Of a stretch of 32,000 nt of DNA, positions 1-8,491 are shown one piece after another. A program made the translations under genes and the position numbers. The notes below the pieces were generated by a model. The model searched no databases and was not told the origin of the DNA. It was given only the letters and a program-made list of their open reading frames with translations. The DNA lies in NCBI RefSeq assembly GCF_035285525.1, contig NZ_JAYKGW010000157.1, positions 1 through 32,000 on the forward strand, written 5' to 3'. Each line of letters opens with the position of its first letter. Position 1 is the stretch's first letter. This stretch comes from Okeania sp. GTDB lineage: Bacteria; Cyanobacteriota; Cyanobacteriia; Cyanobacteriales; Microcoleaceae.

Positions 1-1548
1 GCAGTAACAATAACTCGTAGCAACGGTAGTGATGGAGCAGTCAGCGTTACACTCACCCCCAGCAATGGTACAGCAACAGCACCTGAAGATTATGATCATA
101 CTTCTATAGTGGTTAACTTTGCAGATGAGGAAACAGAAAAAAACGTGAATATTCCCATCGTCGATGATAGTGAAACAGAGGGAAATGAAACTATTAATTT
201 AGCTTTATCAAACCCCACAGGAGGAGCCACTATTGGTACTCAAGATACAGCAGTCTTAACAATTGTAGATAATGAAGTAATACTTGGTACCGAAGCAGGA
301 GAAATTTTAACAGGAGACGAACAGGATAACTATATTAATGGTTTTGGTGGCGATGATACTCTCAATGGTTCTGGGGGAGATGATAATTTATTTGGGGGTT
401 CTGGCAACAATATCTATGATGGCGATGATGGTAATGATACAGTCAGTTATGCCAACAACCAAACCAGTGGAGTTATTGCTAACCTCGAAACTGGCAATGT
501 CTCTCGTAAGTTTGAAACTTGGTCTGAAGATTTTAAAATTCTGCCTCTAGGTGACTCCAACACCAGTGGATACAGTAAATCTAGTCCCGGTGGGTATCGC
601 ATCAACCTATGGAGGTCTTTAGATGGTGCTGGGTACAATTTAGATTTTGTTGGTACAGCCTACAATGGTCCTTCTGATATTGATAGAGATCATGAAGGTC
701 GCGGTGCTTTCACTATTAATCACCTTATAGATAACACTGTCACTCAATTTCAAGGTTACAATACACCATCAGTAGCAACATACACAACTATTGAAGATAC
801 CTTGGGCACTTATGACCCAGATATGGTGTTATTAATGGCAGGTACTAATGACATTAGGGAAGGTGATGATGTAGATACGGCGATCGCTGATTTAGAGGAA
901 CTTGTGGATAGGATTGTTATTGCTGCACCTGATACCCATGTATTGGTTGGCTCTATTCTGCCAAATACTGCAAATGCTACTCGTGAGGCTAAAACTATTG
1001 AGTTTAGTAGCCGTGTTGAAAGCGAAATTGTCCAACCCCAAGTAAATGCTGGTAACTATGTCAGTTTTGTAGATATCTTTAATGCTCCACTCATTCCCAG
1101 TGACTTTACCTCTGATGGTACCCACCTGACATCTGGTGGTTATGATAAGTTAGCAGAGGTTTGGGAAGATGCTATCATTAATACGGTTGTTGCCGAAGAC
1201 ACTCTAATAGATGTAGAAAACTTAATTGGTTCTGATGGTAATGACGAACTCACAGGGAACAATGTTGCCAATGAACTTACTGGTGGCGCTGGAAATGACA
1301 CCATTACTGGTGGCGGTGGAGATGATTTATTTATCTACAGTGAAGGAGATGGAACTGACCTGATTACAGACTTTGAACTTAGTAACGATTTATTTGGACT
1401 ATCTGGTGGTTTAACTTTCAGTAAATTAACAATTGAAGATGCAGGGGCAAACACTGAAGTTAAAGTTACCCTCACTGACGAAGTTTTAGCTGTACTTCCA
1501 GGAGTGGTCGCAAATGATATTACCTCTGCTCATTTCATAACTGTCTAA
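1..1548 (+). CDS. Secreted multidomain protein, 5'-partial: Calx-beta domain, RTX (hemolysin-type Ca-binding) repeats, SGNH/GDSL hydrolase domain, second RTX block
   Basis: Frame 1 is open from base 1 (AVTITRSNGSDGAVSVTLTPSNGTATAPEDYD...), so the gene starts upstream of the window. Calx-beta signature: NFADEETEKNVNIPIVDDSETEGNETINLALSNPTGGATIG. GGxGxD nonapeptides: GGDDTLNGSGGDDNLFGGSGNNIYDGDDGND and GGAGNDTITGGGGDDLFIY. SGNH block I is ILPLGDSNTSGY, with GTND mid-block and DGTHLT as the final D-x-x-H block. Confidence 0.85.
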   Translation, partial: AVTITRSNGSDGAVSVTLTPSNGTATAPEDYDHTSIVVNFADEETEKNVNIPIVDDSETEGNETINLALSNPTGGATIGTQDTAVLTIVDNEVILGTEAGEILTGDEQDNYINGFGGDDTLNGSGGDDNLFGGSGNNIYDGDDGNDTVSYANNQTSGVIANLETGNVSRKFETWSEDFKILPLGDSNTSGYSKSSPGGYRINLWRSLDGAGYNLDFVGTAYNGPSDIDRDHEGRGAFTINHLIDNTVTQFQGYNTPSVATYTTIEDTLGTYDPDMVLLMAGTNDIREGDDVDTAIADLEELVDRIVIAAPDTHVLVGSILPNTANATREAKTIEFSSRVESEIVQPQVNAGNYVSFVDIFNAPLIPSDFTSDGTHLTSGGYDKLAEVWEDAIINTVVAEDTLIDVENLIGSDGNDELTGNNVANELTGGAGNDTITGGGGDDLFIYSEGDGTDLITDFELSNDLFGLSGGLTFSKLTIEDAGANTEVKVTLTDEVLAVLPGVVANDITSAHFITV

Positions 1549-1565
1549 AATATTCTCATATTATT

Positions 1566-1634
1566 AGGACTAAAGCCACGCGAACCCAGAAACCCGGTTT
1601 TTCCTAAAAACCGGGTTCCTCCCGTGTAAGTCCT
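1566..1634. mobile_element. MITE family A, short variant (ends AGGACTAAAGCC ... GTAAGTCCT)
   Basis: Ends match the longer copies at 2341-2446, 4140-4242, 6542-6643 and 11894-11997. Internal perfect 12-bp inverted pair AACCCGGTTTTT / AAAAACCGGGTT at about 1591-1617. Confidence 0.7.
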
Positions 1635-1639
1635 GAAAC

Positions 1640-1871
1640 TATTGTACAATAGTTTTTAAAGCTACATATAGCGTCTCTGCATCAGTCCTATAATAGACAT
1701 CTCCAGAAAAGAGGGAACGCTTAACTGGGAACGCTTAACTGGGAACAGGGAACAGGAAGAAAGAATTGATAATTTATGGGTAAGAATTGATTTGATTTTT
1801 TATTTTTGGAGATGTCTATTGTACAATAGTTTTTAACGCTACATATAGCGTCTCTGCATCAGTCCTATAAT
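1640..1871. repeat. Two 55-bp direct repeats (1640-1694 and 1817-1871) bracketing the 123-bp inverted-repeat element at 1695-1817
   Basis: TATTGTACAATAGTTTTTAA(A/C)GCTACATATAGCGTCTCTGCATCAGTCCTATAAT occurs twice with one visible mismatch. The repeated sequence resembles one arm of the MITE at 26362-26451 in reverse complement. Confidence 0.8.
1695..1817. mobile_element. MITE family B (TIR AGACATCTCCA ... TGGAGATGTCT)
   Basis: Terminal inverted repeats read directly. A second copy in the opposite orientation lies at 13180-13275 and shares internal GGGAACAGGGAA / AATTGATAATTT segments. Confidence 0.7.
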
Positions 1872-2249
1872 GTGTAAATATTCCAGCGTACATTGCTATA
1901 ATTTAGGACTTATATCATGTCCGTTGGTATCGTTTGTGTAAAAATTGGAGAAATATCTAGGGTTTGCTGAAAAAGTCTGATGGTGAAGGTAGGGAGTAGG
2001 GACGTTGCATGCAAAGTCCGTACAGAATCAAGAGGAATCAAGAGTTTTAGAGAATGTACTTGTAAAAATTATCCCTTGCCAATTCTGCTCAAGTCTTACC
2101 CAGATACTGACTTTTTCAATCTTATCAAGCGAAAATCTGGTACTTTTTCACGATCTCAAAAGCCTAAAACCTTTACCAGTAAATGCCTTTATATTTAATC
2201 AGCAAGCCCTATCTACCTTTTTTAAGGTTTTTTTCTTCTCTTAAAGCTT

Positions 2250-2312
2250 CTTCCTTCTTCCTTCTTCCTTCTTCCTTCTTCCTTCTTCCTTCTTCCTTCT
2301 TCCTTCTTCCTT
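2250..2312. repeat. Heptamer tandem repeat (CTTCCTT) x9, STRR-like
   Basis: Nine perfect consecutive CTTCCTT units counted from 2250 to 2312. Confidence 0.95.
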
Positions 2313-2340
2313 ACCTTCTCTATACAAGACCGATGCTACC

Positions 2341-2446
2341 GGACATGATATTACGCAAAGAAACCCGGTTTCTACGATAAATCGTTGTTTTGAGTAGTAA
2401 TAATCTACCCTCGTACCGGGTTTCTGGGTTCAACTGCGTAAGTCCT
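2341..2446. mobile_element. MITE family A, opposite orientation to the 4140-4242 copy
   Basis: ...TTACGCAAAGAAACCCGGTTTCTACGATAAATCGTTGTTTTGAGTAGTAATAATCTACCCTCGTACCGGGTTTCTGGGTTCAACTGCGTAAGTCCT aligns with the reverse complement of 4140-4242. Confidence 0.75.
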
Positions 2447-2688
2447 GTAATTGTTAATTAGGGCTTGCGTATGGAAATGTAAAAACTTTGACAGATCGAG
2501 CTTTTAGCATTTTTAGGTATAGAAAAAGTACCTACTTTTCAGCTATTAATGCTGAAAAAGTTACCATTTTAGGCACATCCTTGGGCAAAAAAAATTACTT
2601 TCCTGCTCCTCTACTCCCCTACTCCCCTACTCAAGCGCTCCCCTACTCCTTAAAAAAGACTTTTTCAGCAATCCCTAATTATTCATTA

Positions 2689-3390
2689 TTAGTCCGATTT
2701 CATTCGTTGAGAAATAACCTTTGCAGGCACTCCCACTGCAATAGAATAAGGGGGAATATCCTTAGTTACCACTGCCCCTGCTCCTATCACGCTACCTTTA
2801 CCTATTCTGACACCATCAACTACTCTAACTCCACTACCCAGCCAACAGTCATCTTCAATCACAATACCTTGATAAGAACGGCCTTGTTCCTTAATCTTGC
2901 GATTTGGGTCTGAATATATATGATTATTTGCATATATTCCTGTGTGAGAAGCAATTAGACAATCATTACCTATCACAATATTACGTCCAGAAAGACAAGT
3001 GTAAGGACCTATATTGGTGCGATCGCCTATAACTATTAAACCCTCATCATGGACTCTAATATCTACTCCTCGTTCTAATCTACTTTTATTACCTATTTTA
3101 ATCCAGCTATTTAAACCATCTGCAGCTATATTAGCCCCAGAGCGAATATAAACCCCACTGCCTATTTCTATCCAATAGGTACGGTTAAATTCCACATTGT
3201 GTTGAATTTGAATATTACTTCCCCAGTTAGCAAAAATTAGACTATACATAGAGCTTCGTAATTTCATTCCCAATGATAAGGGTATGCCACCGATTGTAGC
3301 TAAAACTACACGATATAGATTAGTTAGTTTAGCCTGAGAGTCTTTCTTGACAAACTCATCAAATTTGTATTGATCTTGAGTAATAGTCAT
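2689..3390 (-). CDS. Left-handed beta-helix (hexapeptide-repeat) O-acetyltransferase, WbbJ/WcaF-like, possibly HpsU-like
   Basis: 233 aa. Hexapeptide repeats throughout: IGNDCLIASHTGIYANNH, GIVIEDDCWLGSGVRVVDGVRIGKGSVIGAGAVVTKDIPPYSIAVGVPAKVI. Hydrophobic N-terminal segment. Lies in a glycosyltransferase neighbourhood. Confidence 0.85.
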   Translation of the reverse strand: MTITQDQYKFDEFVKKDSQAKLTNLYRVVLATIGGIPLSLGMKLRSSMYSLIFANWGSNIQIQHNVEFNRTYWIEIGSGVYIRSGANIAADGLNSWIKIGNKSRLERGVDIRVHDEGLIVIGDRTNIGPYTCLSGRNIVIGNDCLIASHTGIYANNHIYSDPNRKIKEQGRSYQGIVIEDDCWLGSGVRVVDGVRIGKGSVIGAGAVVTKDIPPYSIAVGVPAKVISQRMKSD

Positions 3391-3485
3391 TTTACTTATA
3401 TTTTTTCTCTAAATAATAATTTTATGTGTCCTTACTTACTGCTTCATAAAACGTCATGAAATGACATTTTACTGTTTACTTTCTG

Positions 3486-4082
3486 CTATGTATATGTCTT
3501 ATATATAGCAATCCTAAATTCATCAATTATAAACACTGTCAGATTTTCAGCTTGTATTTCCGGTTCCCATCTGGCTAATAATTCCTCTATATCTTTTCTC
3601 TTATTCGAGGGATGGAGAGGTATCCTTGCCATCCCTCGACCAGTTCTTTGAGCTTTCACTAATTCATCATTTTTAGGGGGATTATTGTTCTGAGTTTTTT
3701 TCCAACTTATTCCTGCTTCTTTAAGTAAATTATAATAACTTTGAGCCGACTCAAAAACTACATCATATTCATTCTGTAAATAGTTTTGTAAATCTGATAA
3801 TTTCAAATAATATTTTGCCCTTAACCACTCAATTGTTTCCTGTTTTTCTTGCGCATTTAAGAAACCTTTTCTGTCTTGATACTCAAGTCTTAAACTTTCT
3901 ACACCATGAAATAGTGCTTGGTGTTTCCATTGACTAATAAAACTATAAGAAACATTTAATAATTCTTTGATTTCATGGTAGGATTTTCCTAACAAAATCA
4001 TTTTTACTGCCAAGGCTCTTTTAACTTCTTTAGACTCTCTTGTTTGATTGATAAAATCATCTAATTCATCTATAATATTCAT
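3486..4082 (-). pseudogene. IS630-family transposase remnant: N-terminal HTH/winged-helix part only, DDE domain mostly missing
   Basis: Typical IS630 N-terminus (KRALAVKMILLGKSYHEIKELLNVSYSFISQWK ... GISWKKTQ). The ORF stops just after FIIDEF, the position of the first catalytic D. Only about 95 bp remain before the next gene. A 10-bp perfect hairpin (3606-3615 / 3629-3638) sits inside the ORF. Confidence 0.7.
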
Positions 4083-4139
4083 TTTTAGTCTTTTTCCTGG
4101 ATATGTTATTCTTAACTATTTATACAGATATCATTAATC

Positions 4140-4242
4140 AGGACTAAAGCCATATGAACCCAGAAACCCGGTACGAGCGTACACATCTATTACTCAAAAC
4201 AAGGATTTATCCTAGAAACCGGGTTCCTCCCGTGTAAGTCCT
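4140..4242. mobile_element. MITE family A, full-length copy
   Basis: AGGACTAAAGCCATATGAACCCAGAAACCCGGTACGAGCG...CTAGAAACCGGGTTCCTCCCGTGTAAGTCCT. Lies between the IS630 remnant and the PP-loop gene. Confidence 0.8.
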
Positions 4243-4383
4243 AATTAATATCTAAGAAACCAGTGACGATCCGAATTGTACACAAAGCACTCTGTGAAAA
4301 TGGTACAAAGGATGGATGATTTAATAACCTTTGTGTAATTAATTTTGTATTTGAGTTTTTTCTCAGCATAAGTATCGTTATCG

Positions 4384-5607
4384 TTAAGGTTTCCAAATAC
4401 TTGCCTTTTGTTTTTGCTTCTTTAATCCTGGTAATAGATTATAAATTGTATTTTTGATAGGATACCAAAATAGTTTTAATCTTGCTTCCAGACGGTTGCG
4501 CCATAAACAAAACTTCAAAGCATTTACCCAAGAAGCAGAAATGCCTGCCTTTTCTGCTTCTTGAAGTATTGATCTAAATTCATTAGCCTGTGTTTGATCG
4601 AGATTTCTTAAACTTGATATATGAGCATCACTAACATCTTGCTCAAAACTTTCTGGTAGTGGAACTCCTACAACTCGCAAGTTTAAAATTGTGCGAACAC
4701 ACTTTTCGCAACGTCCACAGTTCAAACGATCAAAATTCTTTTGATTTTGAGGACCATACCAACATACCCGTAGTCTAGATAAAGCTTCAGGCCACTCAGA
4801 CAACATGGCCATTTTCTGAGTACGTGTAAAATCTGCACTATCGTGAATAATCTCAAAAGCATCACTGGAAACTAAAGGATCTGTTAATGGATTTGTTCCC
4901 CAAGGTATTACCAGTGATTGGTAAGGTTCTGTACTAGAAATTAATCCGGCTCTATATGTTCCCTGAAATAACATTAAACAGGAACCAGTCATACCAGCAA
5001 AAGCATCTTGTCCTAAACTTAAAGCCTTGAAATTTGTCGCCATCGTTATTAATTCTACCCCCAGACTCTCAAGAATTGCTTCTGAGTTTTGATAAGCGCG
5101 TTCAAATACTTCTTTTTGTTTCAGAGGAATATCAACACCATGAATCATCAATCCTGCTTTCAAATTTCGACTTAATCTACCACAGCGATTAGCAGCATGA
5201 CGAAAAGCAGTAAAACAAGCATCAACTCCACCGGAAAAAGCCATAATATCTCCAGCAGCATCATCTGCTCTTTGCTGTTCTATTTCTTTATCTGCAATGA
5301 CATCAATTTTTTTAAAGGATTTAGGTCGCCAGCAGGCCCATATTATTTGTAACTTTTCCAGGTTGCGTAATAAAGAAGGAGAAATTTCACCATGAACGTG
5401 CAAATCTGCTCCTCTTTTCATTCCCCAAAAAATGCTTCCTACAACCAGTGGATCCCAACTTTTAGTAATTTTAGAACTATGTTCTGCGGGTACACGATAC
5501 CATAAAGGAATTTTTGATTGTTTGGAGTCTTCTATAATAGCAGTTATAGTAACTGAACCATCTGCTTCGGTTTTTTCTTCTCTCCAGATATGAGCTAGAT
5601 TTTTCAT
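4384..5607 (-). CDS. PP-loop (adenine-nucleotide alpha-hydrolase superfamily) ATPase with a QueC-like C-terminal Cys motif and an unrecognised N-terminal domain
   Basis: 407 aa. PP-loop variant IMAFSGGVDACF (SGGxD-A instead of SGGxD-S/T). C-terminal NCGRCEKCVRT resembles the CGxCxxCxxR zinc motif of QueC-type enzymes. The first ~115 aa match nothing I recognise. Confidence 0.65.
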   Translation of the reverse strand: MKNLAHIWREEKTEADGSVTITAIIEDSKQSKIPLWYRVPAEHSSKITKSWDPLVVGSIFWGMKRGADLHVHGEISPSLLRNLEKLQIIWACWRPKSFKKIDVIADKEIEQQRADDAAGDIMAFSGGVDACFTAFRHAANRCGRLSRNLKAGLMIHGVDIPLKQKEVFERAYQNSEAILESLGVELITMATNFKALSLGQDAFAGMTGSCLMLFQGTYRAGLISSTEPYQSLVIPWGTNPLTDPLVSSDAFEIIHDSADFTRTQKMAMLSEWPEALSRLRVCWYGPQNQKNFDRLNCGRCEKCVRTILNLRVVGVPLPESFEQDVSDAHISSLRNLDQTQANEFRSILQEAEKAGISASWVNALKFCLWRNRLEARLKLFWYPIKNTIYNLLPGLKKQKQKASIWKP

Positions 5608-5716
5608 AAAAAAAAACTAAAATTATTTAGCACTAATTAGGAATAACAAGACTTACGCAGTACACCCATACAGAAGTTTTCGGAAATATTACCATCCGTA
5701 TTCAAGAAAAAAAATT

Positions 5717-6508
5717 TTAGTATAAACCAAAATCTTTTCTAATTGATAATGTTATCGGACGATAATTGAATAAGACTTTTTTGATTTTAGGCAATAACCC
5801 TTTAGGATTAATTAAATTTTCTTTTCTTAATACATTTTCATTATGGCAAACAATATAAACACTACCAGGAAAAGGCAAAGGTGATATTGGTGTCTCTCGA
5901 TTAGCCAACAACTCCACTGCTTTGCTATGAGGAATATAGTACCTATTGTAGTAATCCAAATTATTAGATTCTAGAGTCTCAGGTAATGGATATAAGTCAC
6001 GTCTCAAAATAATTGATGTTCCACACCAACGATCAAAATTTTGCCTTTTAATATAGAGATATTTACTACCTTCTTTATATAAATAGCCTTTGTTGACAAA
6101 CCAACCATTATTTTGAGGACTTTGTTCAACCAACTGTGCTAGATGTTTGCTAACACAATCATCTGCATCGACAACCATTATATGAGTAAAACTATAATTT
6201 TCTTGAGCATATTTTATCCCAGTTAGTACCTTCCTAACCTTATCTGTTCGCTTTCTTATCAGTAAATTTACTTGATCTTGACTAGAAACTTGGGGAAATT
6301 CTACTCTCACATAATCAACATAAGGATGTATATATTGATTATTGGGCAATTCGTGACACACTACTACTACCCTAAAAGAATTAGAACTTTGATTACAAAC
6401 AGACTTAATAGTTCTTTCAAAAAGTCTAGATACAGTTTCCCATGACTTAGAAGTCTGCTGGCTCTTCAAAGGTATGACAAATAAAAGCATTTTTAAACTA
6501 TTACCCAC
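5717..6508 (-). CDS. Probable GT-A fold glycosyltransferase (GT2-like)
   Basis: 263 aa. Begins with a Rossmann-like strand (LLFVIPLKS...). DxD-type motif MVVDADDCV. Operon-like position among sugar-modifying genes. The start could instead be the Met at 6490 (MLLFVIPL). Confidence 0.55.
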   Translation of the reverse strand: MGNSLKMLLFVIPLKSQQTSKSWETVSRLFERTIKSVCNQSSNSFRVVVVCHELPNNQYIHPYVDYVRVEFPQVSSQDQVNLLIRKRTDKVRKVLTGIKYAQENYSFTHIMVVDADDCVSKHLAQLVEQSPQNNGWFVNKGYLYKEGSKYLYIKRQNFDRWCGTSIILRRDLYPLPETLESNNLDYYNRYYIPHSKAVELLANRETPISPLPFPGSVYIVCHNENVLRKENLINPKGLLPKIKKVLFNYRPITLSIRKDFGLY

Positions 6509-6541
6509 CTGAGAATTTGTAGTGACGACATTAACTTAATC

Positions 6542-6643
6542 AGAACTAAAGCCATGGGAACCCAGAAAACCGATACGAGCGTAGATGTTTATTGTCAAAA
6601 ACAATGATTTACCCTATAAACCGGGTTTCTTTGCATAAGTCCT
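6542..6643. mobile_element. MITE family A, diverged copy
   Basis: AGAACTAAAGCCATGGGAACCCAGAAAACCGATACGAGCG...TATAAACCGGGTTTCTTTGCATAAGTCCT. Lies between the GT-A gene and the phosphodiesterase-family gene. Confidence 0.75.
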
Positions 6644-6706
6644 GTTAATGTGTGAAATATAAATTATCACTTCAGAATAGCGATCGCTACTCCCAAAAGT
6701 CTACTA

Positions 6707-8368
6707 TTACATTAAAGAAGCAACAGATGTTTGTAATAATGACTTACCATCAAAACGACGAGAAATTGGGGCATCCATTAACTGAAGAATAGTAGGTGGA
6801 AGGTCAATAACATTACCTTCGGGCAAAATTGAACCGGGAGTAATACCATTACCTTGCACCATAACAAACCCTCTGGAACGATGACTACCTGTACGCCTGT
6901 AGGGAACAGGCCCAATACGTCCATACTTAGGACTATCAATAACATCAGTAGGTTTATCATCCCATTCTATCACCAAATCAGCACCTGGTAGTTTGGGATC
7001 CCTTTGTTGAGGAGATTGGCGCGTCCGCATCACTTTCTTCACAACTGACAACCCATTCCTGGGATTCTTCAAAGCATATAATTCCTCAGTTAATTCTTCA
7101 CACAAAGCATCATACTCTATGACAGAAACTATTCCTTGAGGTTCCCTACCTTCCAAGTTAATCCGAATATAGCCTTCAGAAAAACTTGGTAAAGCAAACG
7201 CTTTCATTTTTGGCCAGAAAGGTTTGTACCAACTGACAGGCTCCCAATAAAATGGGTCTGACTCTTTTTGCAACTGTTGAGCAGAAGCTAAATCAGGATT
7301 TTGAGCCACACCAAAAAACTTATCTATATAATCATGGAACTTACTGGGTGTATACTCCCTTAATAAACCTCTAATTGGGTTAGGATCGTACTTGCGTTGC
7401 CAAATTTCCCCCGCCCAAGTTTTGCGTTTTGTTTTTAATACAGGTGATGGCACAGGACCTCCAACTTTTCCAGGAGCAATCATTGCTTTACCAGGAAAAT
7501 TAAAGCGATAAAGAAACTCACCCAAAAGGAACATACTGGAAACATCAGTAGTATTGTTATCACTACCATGAACAGAAAACACCATGAAATAAGCATTTTC
7601 TGGAGCTGCTGCTAAGATTTCACCCACTGCATGATCTGTCGCTTCAAAAACTTCCAAAAGTGGGTCTTGGTCAAACAAGTTCTTTGGTCTATACTGATAT
7701 AAAGGATGATCAGGTTGACTGAGGAACCAAAAATCATGACCGGCTGAATGTGGTTCGCCAAATACTGTTAAAAATAAATCCCACTTCTCCTGGTGCAACA
7801 AGTCACGACATATATCAATACGCTTAGAAATACCTGCTTTTAGTGCCTCTCGCAGACGAGTTAAATAAGCTCCATCCCACCAATCACCATGATCTTTATG
7901 CAATGCTGGATGTTTGCCGTAACGATGATTAATTTCTGGCAGTATATTTGCAGGTAGAGAATGACTAGGAGTACCAGGAGAATGCGCACCCCAAGCTAAT
8001 ACCTGAATACCATTAACTTCTGGGGAAAGAGTAGATTTAGGCAAATCGAATGCACATACTCGATAATCATCTCCCAAAGCATAGAATGGAGCATAATCTC
8101 CAAAATCATAAGCACCAACATTTTCAACTTTGTATGTTCCCTCGTGAAACTTAATACCGCCCCAATATCCAGTATTCTGAGGCCGTGTACCTGCTATGAA
8201 AGTAGTCCAGGGAGTTTCTGCTTTGTAGTGGTCTAGACCTGTTAAGCGACCGTAAGCTCCCTGTTTTCGGAGTTTACTTAAATTCTTCAGATACCCTTGA
8301 GACATCCAAGATTCTAATAACTCTGGGTCTGCTGCATCTAATCCAATAGCAATAACAGGATTTTTCAT
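6707..8368 (-). CDS. Alkaline-phosphatase superfamily protein (type I phosphodiesterase / nucleotide pyrophosphatase-like)
   Basis: 553 aa. N-terminal metal-site strand VIAIGLDAADPELL. Candidate Thr nucleophile region ETPWTTFIAGT. His-rich blocks EPHSAGHDFW, VFSVHGSDNN and RRTGSHRSRGFVMVQG are typical of this fold. Confidence 0.8.
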   Translation of the reverse strand: MKNPVIAIGLDAADPELLESWMSQGYLKNLSKLRKQGAYGRLTGLDHYKAETPWTTFIAGTRPQNTGYWGGIKFHEGTYKVENVGAYDFGDYAPFYALGDDYRVCAFDLPKSTLSPEVNGIQVLAWGAHSPGTPSHSLPANILPEINHRYGKHPALHKDHGDWWDGAYLTRLREALKAGISKRIDICRDLLHQEKWDLFLTVFGEPHSAGHDFWFLSQPDHPLYQYRPKNLFDQDPLLEVFEATDHAVGEILAAAPENAYFMVFSVHGSDNNTTDVSSMFLLGEFLYRFNFPGKAMIAPGKVGGPVPSPVLKTKRKTWAGEIWQRKYDPNPIRGLLREYTPSKFHDYIDKFFGVAQNPDLASAQQLQKESDPFYWEPVSWYKPFWPKMKAFALPSFSEGYIRINLEGREPQGIVSVIEYDALCEELTEELYALKNPRNGLSVVKKVMRTRQSPQQRDPKLPGADLVIEWDDKPTDVIDSPKYGRIGPVPYRRTGSHRSRGFVMVQGNGITPGSILPEGNVIDLPPTILQLMDAPISRRFDGKSLLQTSVASLM

Positions 8369-8491
8369 AGGTTTTTGTTCCTTTTTCTATGATTTATATC
8401 TGAGGTATTTTTGACAAAAATCAAACAGTTTATAGTAATTCCCATACTTGTGATGTACCTTATGACTATGGGAGACGTATAAATAATTTTC

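Noticed and set aside
1640-1871. The 55-bp direct repeats as a transposition target-site duplication
   Set aside because: They are too long for known TSDs. The other family-B copy (13180-13275) shows no comparable flanking duplication, so local tandem duplication of a composite is more likely.
1980-2380. Three overlapping plus-strand ORFs (72, 79 and 65 aa)
   Set aside because: They overlap one another in different frames and cover dispersed repeats and the (CTTCCTT)9 microsatellite, which gives SSFFLLPSSFFLLP. These are repeat artefacts.
2488-2913. 141-aa plus-strand ORF
   Set aside because: Its 3' half is antisense to the well-supported hexapeptide acetyltransferase gene. Its 5' half covers an octamer repeat (CTACTCCC) and dispersed repeat sequence.
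3486-4082. Active IS630 insertion sequence
   Set aside because: The DDE catalytic domain is missing beyond the first acidic residue, and no terminal inverted repeats were identified. The same holds for 20852-21307.
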